Source: an uncultured Candidatus Bathyarchaeia archaeon (lineage in GTDB: Archaea; Thermoproteota; Bathyarchaeia; Bathyarchaeales; DTEX01). From it: 64,000 nucleotides of DNA. A program made the position numbers and the translations under genes. Below the pieces are notes generated by a model. It did not search any database and was not told where the DNA came from. It was given only the letters and a program-made list of their open reading frames with translations. The stretch's first letter is position 1, and each line of letters begins with the position of its first letter. Shown here one piece after another: positions 8,609 through 17,724 of this stretch. The stretch lies in contig CAYXIF010000004.1 of assembly GCA_964465575.1 (NCBI GenBank), forward strand, positions 12,212 through 76,211. Direction: 5' to 3'.

Positions 8609-9673
8609 TCACGTGTTGCCCAGAATCCTGGTGCTGAAGCCCTGCGCCTCTTCCTCGCTCTGAAGACCTTCGACTATCACTATGCCACTTCTGAGGACAC
8701 TGCCCAAACTATTCTTGGGATTACTAAAGGTCACCCCAAGGTCGCCTTTGACCTTGATCTCGTAACCTTCATGTTCAAGGGAAAGGCGCAACTTCTCCAT
8801 GTCGAGTTCGAGGGGCTTTCTTGGTGACACAAGAAAAACCCTCTTCCCTCCTCTCCCACAAAGCTCGACAACTTGCTTCCGTTGAAGCGTCATTGGTGAC
8901 CCGCGAGGTTCTGAGCCGCACACTGGGCAGTTCTCGGCCTTCTGGATATCTATCTTCTCAAAATCCATTCTACCAATATCGCAGTGAAGCATTCTCCCTT
9001 TCAGAAGCGGTTCCTTCCCGAGTATGATTCTTACAGTTTCTGAAGCTTCGACGGAAGCGACTATGCCTAGAATCGAAGGGTGAACCCCCACGACCGAGCA
9101 TTTCGGCAGCGTCTCATCATCAAGGTTGCCCTGAAAGCACTCAAGGCAAGGGGTCTTTCCGGGTATTATCGTGGACACACTACCCATCATCATAATCGCA
9201 GCTCCGAAAACGTATGGCACGTTAAGCTTCTGGCACGCTCTGTTGATAGCATAGCGCGGGGTCATGCTATCGAGCCCATCCACAACCACATCAACGTTTC
9301 TGACCAAGTCCTCAGCATTATCGACGTTCAATGCCAAGGGCAAAGGCTCAACATCTACCCTAGGGCTAAGTTCACGCAGCTTTTTCGCCGCAACCTCAAC
9401 CTTAGCATAGCCGAGCGCACCCATGTCGTAGAGAGGTTGTCTATGCAGGTTGGAAAGCTCAACGACATCGCAATCGACTAAGCGGAGATGCCCTATGCCC
9501 ATAGCAGCTAACTGTAACAAGATAGGCGACCCAAGTCCACCTAACCCAACAACGCAGACTCTTGCGTTTCTGAGTTTCAACTGTCCTTTGTAGCCCACTT
9601 CGGCGAGGACTATCTGCCGTGAGTAGAGCTCTAGCTCTGCGTATGAGAGATCATTGGTTTCGATGTTAGTCAA
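8609..9673 (-). CDS. E1-like adenylyltransferase (UbaA/MoeB/ThiF family) with an extra C-terminal domain of about 100 aa
   Basis: YSRQI, nucleotide-binding VVGLGGLGSPILLQLAAMGIG, Zn-site CLEC...CPVCG and active-site-region KCSVVGV. A 101-aa tail follows the CPVCG motif and has no rhodanese CxxxxxR motif. Confidence 0.85.
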   Translation of the reverse strand: MTNIETNDLSYAELELYSRQIVLAEVGYKGQLKLRNARVCVVGLGGLGSPILLQLAAMGIGHLRLVDCDVVELSNLHRQPLYDMGALGYAKVEVAAKKLRELSPRVDVEPLPLALNVDNAEDLVRNVDVVVDGLDSMTPRYAINRACQKLNVPYVFGAAIMMMGSVSTIIPGKTPCLECFQGNLDDETLPKCSVVGVHPSILGIVASVEASETVRIILGKEPLLKGRMLHCDIGRMDFEKIDIQKAENCPVCGSEPRGSPMTLQRKQVVELCGRGGKRVFLVSPRKPLELDMEKLRLSLEHEGYEIKVKGDLGVTFSNPKNSLGSVLRSGIVIVEGLQSEEEAQGFSTRILGNT

Positions 9674-9687
9674 ATGACACCGCCTCG

Positions 9688-9702
9688 CATAACATCGTTA
9701 TG
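9688..9702. promoter_or_regulatory. Palindrome CATAAC-ATC-GTTATG between a TATA-like box and the E1 gene start
   Basis: Read directly (cataacatcgttatg). Centre is about 22 nt upstream of the E1 ATG (9673). TATA-like ttaatatg (minus strand) lies at about 9713-9722. Confidence 0.5.
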
Positions 9703-9827
9703 AAACGAGTCCGACATATTAACCTTGCGACAAACAGAAATCCGACCAGAGAAGCCAAAGCGAACACTAAGTTTAAGATCAAGTTGCCTCTGTTTTTCTT
9801 CTCGACTGATAGCCGGATGCAACCGTC

Positions 9828-10112
9828 ATGAAGGTCATAGTCAGATACTTCACAACTATGCGTGAACTAGCCGGTACCTCACAGGAAGAGATGCTGGTGG
9901 GGGAAGGCGCAACCTTGGGTGAGACTATAGAGAGATTGGCTTCGAAATACGGACAAGAGGCGCAACGCTACCTCTACTTTGAAGAGGGCAAGCTTGACCC
10001 GTCGATTCGGATTCTTGTCAACGGTACCGATGCAGGAACGTTGCTTGGCGCGGAGACCAAGCTGAGGGATGGTGATGTGGTGGCTTTAATCCCTCCGATT
10101 GGCGGAGGGTGA
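9828..10112 (+). CDS. MoaD/ThiS-family ubiquitin-like sulfur carrier / SAMP
   Basis: 94 aa, MKVIVRYFTTMRELAG... beta-grasp pattern, C-terminus ...IPPIGGG followed by stop. Divergent from the E1 gene. Confidence 0.8.
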   Translation: MKVIVRYFTTMRELAGTSQEEMLVGEGATLGETIERLASKYGQEAQRYLYFEEGKLDPSIRILVNGTDAGTLLGAETKLRDGDVVALIPPIGGG

Positions 10113-10188
10113 CCCAACCCTGCAGCGAATTGACGGCGCAGTCTGTTCTCTCATTCTACTTGCTGCGCATCGTGAGCAGCTACCTGCT

Positions 10189-11115
10189 TTAAGCTAGGGT
10201 TTCTCTCGTCTTCAACATGAACTCAATCGCAGTCCTAGCCTTCGCTAGAGTCTTTGGAGGCACGTGCACCTGGTACCTTTCCTGCTTTAGGCTCTGGTGG
10301 ATCTTACCGAGCGTGTGTAGCCTCATGTTCACACATATCGCTTCTTCGTATGCTGGAATGAACACAGCATCCGGCCTTTCCTTCTTCATGCGGTGAAGTA
10401 GCCCTACTTCTGTTGCGACGATGAACTTCTTTGCCTTTGAGACTAAAGCTTCCTTGTACATTCTTGAGGTGCTACCGACAAAATCCGCAACTCTGCGCAC
10501 TTCTTGGCTGCACTCTGGATGAGCCATTACCTCGGCATCCGGGTGGATTCTCCTAAGCGCTAGTATGGTTGGTCTGTTGAAGAGCTTGTGAACCGGGCAG
10601 AAGCCACATGCAGGTATAGGTACGACCTTCTTGCTGGTGAAGTTTCGGGCGTAGTCCGCTAAGTTTGAGTCTGGTCCGAAGAGAACAGCATCTGAGTTCA
10701 TTCGATCTATGATCTCGGCTGAGTTGGCCGAGGTACAGACTGCGTCACAGAGGGCTTTGGCCTCGGCTAGACTGTTGATGTACAGGACTACCCTTGCGTC
10801 GGGATGTTTCTCTCTGTAGAAATCTACAAGGTCTGCAGGTAACATGGAAGCCATTGGGCATAGAGCATTCCTGTCGGGAATCAGGACTTTCTTGTCTGAG
10901 TTGAGAATAGCTGCTGTCTCAGCCATGAAGGTGACTCCGCAAAAGACTATGATCTTTGCTTGCGTCTGGGTCGCGCAGAGGGACAGCTCCAAGCTGTCGC
11001 CGACGAAATCAGCTATGTCTTGGACCTCCGGACGTTGGTAATTGTGGGCGAGGATGACTGCCTGTTTCTCTTTCCTTAGTTTGTGGATCTTCTGAACTAA
11101 AGCGTTAGTATCCAT
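10189..11115 (-). CDS. nadA: Quinolinate synthase
   Basis: ILAHNYQRPEVQDIADFVGDSLELS and other NadA-typical blocks. The ATG at 11115 sits 5 nt after GAGGTGA; the track start at 11124 is a GTG inside that RBS. Confidence 0.9.
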   Translation of the reverse strand: MDTNALVQKIHKLRKEKQAVILAHNYQRPEVQDIADFVGDSLELSLCATQTQAKIIVFCGVTFMAETAAILNSDKKVLIPDRNALCPMASMLPADLVDFYREKHPDARVVLYINSLAEAKALCDAVCTSANSAEIIDRMNSDAVLFGPDSNLADYARNFTSKKVVPIPACGFCPVHKLFNRPTILALRRIHPDAEVMAHPECSQEVRRVADFVGSTSRMYKEALVSKAKKFIVATEVGLLHRMKKERPDAVFIPAYEEAICVNMRLHTLGKIHQSLKQERYQVHVPPKTLAKARTAIEFMLKTRETLA

Positions 11116-11387
11116 GCATTTCACCTCTTGGCTCGGAGCCCATCTTTGTTCGGGCGATGCGTTTGACTACTAATCCAAGCACCTAGGCAAAAGGCGGACG
11201 CACAGCCAACGGACTTCATCATCATTGTCATCTTGTCGTTCTCGAATCGATCAAGTGTAAAGTGACAGCACAATCAAGAATAAATTCTTTACCATTCAAG
11301 TTCCGCAGCCTAAGCCAACCCACGGCAACCATTTTGCTAGCAACCTATTTATGACAAAAAGCGTTCAGATAGCATAGGATTGCCCAG

Positions 11388-11861
11388 ATGATATTCATGA
11401 GCGCTGTTGACCTGGAGAAGTTTCTTGAGAGACACGACCTATGGCACAGATTCATCATCAAGAAAGAGACAATCCACACGTCTGACGCGGCGAAGGCCGC
11501 AGGGGTTAATCTTCATAGGTTGACAAAGAACTTGGTCTCAAGAACTGATACAGGTGAAAGCGTAATCCTGATCGTGCCCGGGGACAGAAGAGTCGATCTC
11601 GGGGCTGCAGCAAGAGCGCTCAATGTTGGTAGCGTTCAACTAGTCCAATCCTCTGAAGCTGAGAAGATCAGTGGTTACACGCCTGGAGCAACGCCTTCGG
11701 TCGGGCACAGGACCAAAATGCGAGCAGTAGTAGACAAGTCTCTCCTTGAGTACGAGACTGTGTACTGCGGAGGAGGGTCGCGTGATAGACTCCTTGAACT
11801 CAGAACCGAAGATATAATAGAACTCAACAACTCAATCGTCGCAGACATCTCTTCACAATGA
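11388..11861 (+). CDS. YbaK/EbsC-type aminoacyl-tRNA deacylase domain protein
   Basis: 157 aa, YbaK/ProRS-associated domain pattern including the YCGGGS block. Confidence 0.7.
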   Translation: MIFMSAVDLEKFLERHDLWHRFIIKKETIHTSDAAKAAGVNLHRLTKNLVSRTDTGESVILIVPGDRRVDLGAAARALNVGSVQLVQSSEAEKISGYTPGATPSVGHRTKMRAVVDKSLLEYETVYCGGGSRDRLLELRTEDIIELNNSIVADISSQ

Positions 11862-12050
11862 AGAAATAGGGAGAAGTATCAGAAGCCACTTGTGGCAGAA
11901 ACCTCTTTGCTTCTCTTTCTATTTGCCGCCATTGGACATGTCAGCTAACTTTCCTGCAAAGATGCCTCTAGCACGACTCTTTCTGTTCCTCGTGTTCAGC
12001 CGCCGACCGGTAGTTGGGAAAGATCCCTGGATGTGGGGAGCAAGCGCAGC

Positions 12051-13055
12051 CTATTTGTTCCAGTCCAGAATGACGCCGATGACTTGGTGCTTCGATTCGA
12101 CAAGTTTCTTGTAAGCTTCGTCGGCTTTCCTAAAGCTAATCTTTTCCGACACGAGTTCCCGGACTTTGAGCAATCCTTTGCTGATCAGTCTCAGTGCCAA
12201 GGCAGAATCGTCTTTCTGGGTCCACTGCCCATGGGCAGATTCATGAAGAGGCCTAAGGGACTCGTGTGCGCCGATTACTGATATTCCCTTCCTATGAACG
12301 CCGCTGTAGAAGTTCACCTCGGTCGTTCCTCTAGTGCTCCCTAGGAGAATCACCCTGCCGTATTTTCCGGCGAGATCAATCGCCGTTGAGACTGCTTGTG
12401 GGTTTCCTGTGGATTCGACCACCACATCTGCGCCCTTGCCGTCTGTAGCATTCCTTACAGCTTCCTCCAGACTCACTTGTGACGGGTTGAATGTAAGGTC
12501 TGCGCCGCATTTCTGAGATGTTTCCAGCCGGTTGTCAAACATGTCAATTCCAATAACTGGCATCCCTCCGCCCAGCTTCGCGAGTTGAAGTGCTAAGTTG
12601 CCCACCAAGCCTTGACCTAGAACTACCACGGACTCTCCGAGCTCGATATGAGCTTTTCTTATGCCCTGCATAGCTATTGAGCTGAGGGCGAAGAACGATG
12701 CGTCGTCGAAAGACATCGTATCCGGAATCCGTAGCGTTCTGTCTTCTTTGACAGTCACGTGTGTAGCGTGGTTCGAACGGGAGACAACTCTTTCTCCGGG
12801 CTTGAACGTGGAAGCGTCGCTTCCTGTGGCAACTATGATGCCAGCATTGGAGTAGCCAGGGTACATTGGGAACTTCTTCGGAGTGTTTGGGAGCGCCATG
12901 AGAAAGGCCGTTTCAGTCCCCGGGCTTATTAGTGAGCTTTCCGTTCGTACGAGAACTTGGTCCGGTTCTGGGCCTTTGACTACGAAATCTTCAGTCGTCA
13001 CTACACGCTTCTCTTTGAAGACAACTCTCTTCCCTCGCAGATCTATCTTCTTCAA
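12051..13055 (-). CDS. Medium-chain dehydrogenase/reductase (MDR) family oxidoreductase
   Basis: GroES-like N-domain (SLISPGTE) and Rossmann VLGQGLVGNLALQLAK. Substrate unknown. Confidence 0.7.
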   Translation of the reverse strand: MKKIDLRGKRVVFKEKRVVTTEDFVVKGPEPDQVLVRTESSLISPGTETAFLMALPNTPKKFPMYPGYSNAGIIVATGSDASTFKPGERVVSRSNHATHVTVKEDRTLRIPDTMSFDDASFFALSSIAMQGIRKAHIELGESVVVLGQGLVGNLALQLAKLGGGMPVIGIDMFDNRLETSQKCGADLTFNPSQVSLEEAVRNATDGKGADVVVESTGNPQAVSTAIDLAGKYGRVILLGSTRGTTEVNFYSGVHRKGISVIGAHESLRPLHESAHGQWTQKDDSALALRLISKGLLKVRELVSEKISFRKADEAYKKLVESKHQVIGVILDWNK

Positions 13056-13128
13056 GACAGTGCATCCTCAAAGCACTCTTGTGTTGCATCTCGGCTTAAG
13101 ACTTGCGAGGAAAGGAGATCTTTATCAC

Positions 13129-14037
13129 CTACGGCTCTTGGTAGTCTTCTTCCCTACTGCCTCCTTCCTTGAGGGCATTCTCTATCCTTCTTAGAACTGG
13201 CGCCTCTTTGGCCTCGAGTTGCCTATTGCCGATGACTATTCGTATTCTCTTAGGATTCGGTATGCCGTGAAGGGAGAAATATGTTGCCGCTCTTGGTCTT
13301 TGAACACTCCTACCTCCCGAGAAGCCGCCTCCTATCCGGTGTTTCTTGAAGGAGGTGGTTGAGGCTATGAAGGCTTGTGCTGAGTCTTCGCCAAGGCCAA
13401 AACCTGAGGATGATACGGGGATAACGGTTCCAAAGTTGAATATCCTGCCGAGTATCCCTTGGCTTACATAGATGTCTGTGATCTTGTCGTACATAATCTC
13501 TCTTTCCTCTTTTCCAATAAACCCTTTCTTGGCGACTATCCGGTAGTTTGTAATAACGTATACGTGCCCTCTCCGATATACTTCAGTAAGAACGATGGAT
13601 ATGACCGACGCAACGCATAGTAACACGAGCTTTACCATCGCCCCTTGAACCAGAGCCGACTCGTACTGCGCAAGAAAGAGGATTTCCAAGGCTGTTCCGG
13701 CCGCCCCGACCAAAACTATGTAGACAAGCGGAGCCTTGCTTACCCATAGAACTCCTATGCCAAAGCCGCTCAGAAGAAGAATGACCCAGAACAGAACTAA
13801 GAGCACTACGTCCGCTGTCGCGATGCCTGTTGTTCCGAATGCCGTATCAGTTAGACCAAGTGCATCTAGAAGAGGTTTGTGGGTTATCAGATATGAGTGG
13901 AACCACGCTAGGAAAGCCGCGACCGCAAAGAGATAGGCCGCAAAGAGATGGTATCTGGCAAATGAGAGGGCATGAGGCCTAGTCACAACGTCAACTTTCT
14001 CGCCGTGGAGAAGGTCTATGCTGGCCACTTGTGACAT
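13129..14037 (-). CDS. Membrane protein with bacterial PH (YdbS/YdbT-like) domain
   Basis: Several hydrophobic helices followed by VITNYRIVAKKGFIGKEEREIMYDKITDIYVSQGILGRIFNFGTV, typical of the bPH_2 domain. Confidence 0.55.
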   Translation of the reverse strand: MSQVASIDLLHGEKVDVVTRPHALSFARYHLFAAYLFAVAAFLAWFHSYLITHKPLLDALGLTDTAFGTTGIATADVVLLVLFWVILLLSGFGIGVLWVSKAPLVYIVLVGAAGTALEILFLAQYESALVQGAMVKLVLLCVASVISIVLTEVYRRGHVYVITNYRIVAKKGFIGKEEREIMYDKITDIYVSQGILGRIFNFGTVIPVSSSGFGLGEDSAQAFIASTTSFKKHRIGGGFSGGRSVQRPRAATYFSLHGIPNPKRIRIVIGNRQLEAKEAPVLRRIENALKEGGSREEDYQEP

Positions 14038-14364
14038 CTGATCACAGAGCCAACTAGAAGCGGACTCTCAGATAATGCTTACGAACATTGTCGGATATAT
14101 GCCGCAAATAACCAGTCTCGATCGATCATAGACTAGGCAAAGATTCGACTGTTGCGGAATCTGCTTCAGCAGGTCAGAACCGACGGAGGCGGCGTGACCC
14201 TTGTTTCGGTATGCCTCGTGTGTGACATTGGGAGTGACATTGCTTGCCCAGTTTTTGACTGCTTCGCCTCAGCTGTCGTGCTTCCAAAAGAGCAGTCTGA
14301 GGCTTGAGCTAAGCAATGTAATCCTCACTAACGAGATTCCTCAAGCCATGTACGGGATGGTAGC

Positions 14365-17300
14365 TTATGCCTTCTTGACTCGTATGAGACCAACCCGTAG
14401 GGGTTCCCCTTGGATCTTATAGTTGGCGACGTGAGCTTCTTCTGGTGGTTTCGCTGCACGGATCACCGTTGAGAGTGTCTCTGTGGCAATGTAGTCTGTG
14501 AAAGCTTCGAAAACCTTTGAAAGCTTGGGTACCGTTTCGTAGTATGTCTCGATCAGGTCCGCTATGTTGAAGTCCGCCTCTTTTCTCTGGTTCTGGATGT
14601 GGCGGACGATGTCTCGGGCTAGTCCCTCCATCTTCAGATCGCTTGTCAGTGTTGTGTCGATAGCGACGACAAGTTCCTCGTCCTCTGCTAGTGAGAAACC
14701 TTCCCGAGGTTGGGTTGCGATCTCTACCTCTTCTGGCAGCAAGGTCACTTTTTTCCCATCGACATTCAGGTCTACTCCAAGTCCTTTTTGTAGGGACGTT
14801 GCAAGTGCCTTCGCGTCCATGCCTGCAACAGTGTCTCTGATTCTTGCAAGCAGCTTGCCGTGCTTTCTTCCTAGGACACTTGGCAGAGGCTTCACAATGT
14901 ACTCTGTCAACTCGTCTTTCTGCGTCGTTAGAACAAGCCTCTTCACATTGAGCTCTTCTGCAACTAGGTCTTTCAGTGCTTCCACACGTTCCAGAGCTGT
15001 GCTCTCTCCAAAGACGACGACCTTCGAAAGGGGTTGGCGGAGCTTTATGCCTGCTTTGCCACGTGCTGAACGGCCAAGTTCGCAGACTTTGATAGCCAAG
15101 TCCATGTTCGCCATAAGCTCCTCGTTGACTGCTTTCTTATCGGGTACAGGCCAATCGTTGTGGTGCACACTTTCAGGAGACTTCTGGTATACAGCGCGGA
15201 CCAAGTTCTGGTACAATTCCTCAGTGCTGAAGGGGAGGAACGGTGCTAGAAGCTTAGTGAGTATCGTCAAGCATCTGTAAAGTGTTGCGTAGGCGGCGTT
15301 CTTGTCATCGTCTTTCTCACTTTTCCAAAACCGCCGCCTCGACCGCCTAACATACCAAGTGGATAGCTCCTCTACAAACCTTTCAATGGATGTGGCGGCA
15401 TTGTAAGGATCAAAGTCGTTAAGGCATGTGGTCGCATCTTCGACTAAGATGTTTGCCTTAGACAGTATCCAGCGGTCCAGAAGCGAGAGTGATGTTGGTT
15501 CAGGGGCGCTTTGAGGTGTCCACTTGTCCAGGTTGGCGTAGGTAACGAAGAAGCTATAGATATTCCAAAGTGGGATCAGGAAGCGCCTTTTTACCTCGTC
15601 TGCCCTCTTGTAACCGAAGAGCAGATTATTCTCCGGTCGTGTTGTACAGTACATCCACCTCATGACATCGGCTCCCATTGTCTCCACGGCGTCGTCGAAC
15701 CATATCGCGTTCCCCCAAGACTTATGCATCTCGCGTCCGTCTTCACCAAGAACTTGGCCGTGTCCAAAGCAAACTCTGAATGGTGCCCGTCTCTCCATAA
15801 TCGTGCTCATTGCCAGCATCGCGTAGAACCAGTTCCGGAATTGTCCAGGAAAAGACTCACAAATGAGCTCAGCTGGAAACCATTTCACCCAGCAGTCTCG
15901 GTCGTGCCTGTATCCCAGAGTTGAGTACGAGACAATGCCTGCGTCCAGCCACGGGTTCCCCACGTCGTGAATGCGCGATGCTGTGGCGCCGCATTTAGAG
16001 CACTTGATTTCTACCGCGTCCAACCATGGTCGATGCGGGGTGTGTCCTTCAAAGACGTCCCAACCGTCCACTGCCCGTGTCTTAAGCTCTTCTTTGCCAC
16101 CTACGACTTCAAAGCCTCCACATTCCGAGCATACCCAGATCGGAAGAGACAAGCCCCAGTACCGTTTCTTCGAGATCATCCAGTCTTCCATGTTCTCCAA
16201 CCAGTCAAGCTCCTGCTGGAGACCATACTCCGGGATCCATCTGACCTGCTTGGCGACGTCAACGATCTGGTACCGAAGATTCCTCTTCTTCTCTTCCTCA
16301 GCAATCTCCTCAAGTGATTTCGTGAACTTCTCCCCCATGCTAATGAACCATTCGTCAACAAGCCGGAAGACAAGCTCGGATCCACACCGCCAACACACAG
16401 GGTAACGGTGAGTATAGTCCTCAATCTTGAACGCCAAGCCTTTTTGCTTCAAGTCTTCGATCACTAGTGGCGCTGAATCGTAAACATGAACCCCGGTGAA
16501 CTCCCCAAAGCCTTCTATAATCGTCCCAAACTCGTCCAGCGGTGCAACCGCTGGCAACCCGTGGACTTCGCCGAGCTCTAGGTCTTCTTTTCCGCATCCC
16601 GGCGCTATGTGAACGATGCCTGTGCCTTCTTCCCTAGTTACTTCTGTCCACAGGATGATCTTGTGGGCTTCCGCAGCACCAGACTCCCTCTCGGCTGGCA
16701 GCTCGTCATAGGGTCCGTCGTAGACCCAGCATTCCATCTCGCTGCCCTGAATCTCCCCCGCTATCTCGTAAGCCCCCTGCTGGAGGGTCCTTTCAAGCGC
16801 GAATTTGCCAAAATAGAGGAATTCCTCTCCGTATCTGACTTTCACATATGTGAAGTCTGGATGGACAGCCGCTGCAACGTTTGACGTTAGAGTCCATGGG
16901 GTCGTTGTCCAGACAAGCAGTGACTCCTTTGGTCTGCCACGAAGTGGGAACCTTACAGTGATACCGCGATGGGTAAGTTCTCGATACCCCTCCGTGACTA
17001 TCTCATGCTGCGACAAGGCTGTTGAGCATCTGGGACACCATGGCATTACGTCTCTTCCCTTGAAGATCCAACCATTCTCGTGACATTTCTTCAACACAGT
17101 CCAGATCGTGTAGTTGTTTTCGTCTGAGAAGGTGAAGTAAGATCCCCCTAGCTCTGGCGAACCCAGTCTACCGACAAGCCTTTCAGCGGAATCTGTGACA
17201 GGGCCATTGGGACCTTGGACCGTGATGTCTTTGGCGGGATTCTCTAGGCTATTAGCTAGATAACGTAGCGTCTGGGGGTTGTCCCAGTCCATCCAGTAAC

Positions 17301-17724
17301 CGAGTCGTCTTGACTGCTCGACCTGCACAGCGGCGTAACGAAGTGCTCGCTGCTTGCATGCTTTGACAAACGGGGCGACGCCGAAGGCCTCAATGTCCTG
17401 TTTTGATTTGAAGCCGAGCTCCTTCTCGACTTCGACCTCAATCCAGAGGCCTTGACAGTCAAACCCGTTCTGGTACCGCAGATCGTAGCCTTGCATGGCT
17501 TTCAACCGTTGGAAAAGGTCCTTGTAGGTCCTCCCCCAAGCATGGTGGACGCCCATAGGATTGTTTGCAGTGATCGGTCCGTCCATGAACGACCAACGAT
17601 CCTTCCCTTTGTTCATGGCAACTCTTTTCCTGAAGGCGTCAGTCTCAGCCCAGAACTTCAGGATCTTATGTTCGAGCTTGGGGAAATCGACGGACGGGGT
17701 TACTTCTCTGAACATTTCTCGCAT
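14365..17724 (-). CDS. ileS: Isoleucyl-tRNA synthetase (divergent class I signature motifs)
   Basis: 1119 aa. IleRS blocks TTTPWTLTSN, PWCPRCSTALSQHE and CWRCGSELVFRLVDEWFI. The HIGH position reads MGVHHAWG and the KMSKS position reads EMHKS. Confidence 0.93.
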   Translation of the reverse strand: MREMFREVTPSVDFPKLEHKILKFWAETDAFRKRVAMNKGKDRWSFMDGPITANNPMGVHHAWGRTYKDLFQRLKAMQGYDLRYQNGFDCQGLWIEVEVEKELGFKSKQDIEAFGVAPFVKACKQRALRYAAVQVEQSRRLGYWMDWDNPQTLRYLANSLENPAKDITVQGPNGPVTDSAERLVGRLGSPELGGSYFTFSDENNYTIWTVLKKCHENGWIFKGRDVMPWCPRCSTALSQHEIVTEGYRELTHRGITVRFPLRGRPKESLLVWTTTPWTLTSNVAAAVHPDFTYVKVRYGEEFLYFGKFALERTLQQGAYEIAGEIQGSEMECWVYDGPYDELPAERESGAAEAHKIILWTEVTREEGTGIVHIAPGCGKEDLELGEVHGLPAVAPLDEFGTIIEGFGEFTGVHVYDSAPLVIEDLKQKGLAFKIEDYTHRYPVCWRCGSELVFRLVDEWFISMGEKFTKSLEEIAEEEKKRNLRYQIVDVAKQVRWIPEYGLQQELDWLENMEDWMISKKRYWGLSLPIWVCSECGGFEVVGGKEELKTRAVDGWDVFEGHTPHRPWLDAVEIKCSKCGATASRIHDVGNPWLDAGIVSYSTLGYRHDRDCWVKWFPAELICESFPGQFRNWFYAMLAMSTIMERRAPFRVCFGHGQVLGEDGREMHKSWGNAIWFDDAVETMGADVMRWMYCTTRPENNLLFGYKRADEVKRRFLIPLWNIYSFFVTYANLDKWTPQSAPEPTSLSLLDRWILSKANILVEDATTCLNDFDPYNAATSIERFVEELSTWYVRRSRRRFWKSEKDDDKNAAYATLYRCLTILTKLLAPFLPFSTEELYQNLVRAVYQKSPESVHHNDWPVPDKKAVNEELMANMDLAIKVCELGRSARGKAGIKLRQPLSKVVVFGESTALERVEALKDLVAEELNVKRLVLTTQKDELTEYIVKPLPSVLGRKHGKLLARIRDTVAGMDAKALATSLQKGLGVDLNVDGKKVTLLPEEVEIATQPREGFSLAEDEELVVAIDTTLTSDLKMEGLARDIVRHIQNQRKEADFNIADLIETYYETVPKLSKVFEAFTDYIATETLSTVIRAAKPPEEAHVANYKIQGEPLRVGLIRVKKA

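Noticed and set aside
11205-11240. C-box-like AATGATGATGA on the minus strand in the nadA/ybaK intergenic region.
   Set aside because: No CUGA D or D' boxes at suitable spacing and no terminal complementarity.
14120-14320. Series of short hairpins (GATTC...GAATC, CTGC-TTCA-GCAG, GCCTCAGCTG...CAGTCTGAGGC) downstream of ileS; considered as an sRNA or riboswitch.
   Set aside because: The stems are short (4-7 bp), with no match to any RNA family I recognise and no promoter element. They may be terminator or UTR structure, and I cannot support a call.
14201-14422. 73-aa ORF (plus strand) in the ileS downstream region.
   Set aside because: It overlaps the ileS 3' end, and has no RBS, TATA box or recognisable motif.
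14564-15280. 238-aa ORF antisense to ileS. Similar long antisense or shadow ORFs occur elsewhere (5521-6057, 22975-23526, 43276-43842, 46247-46753, 51937-52485, 56905-57591).
   Set aside because: Each lies entirely within or across strongly supported genes on the opposite strand, has Ser/Arg/Leu-rich low-complexity composition and contains no recognisable motifs.
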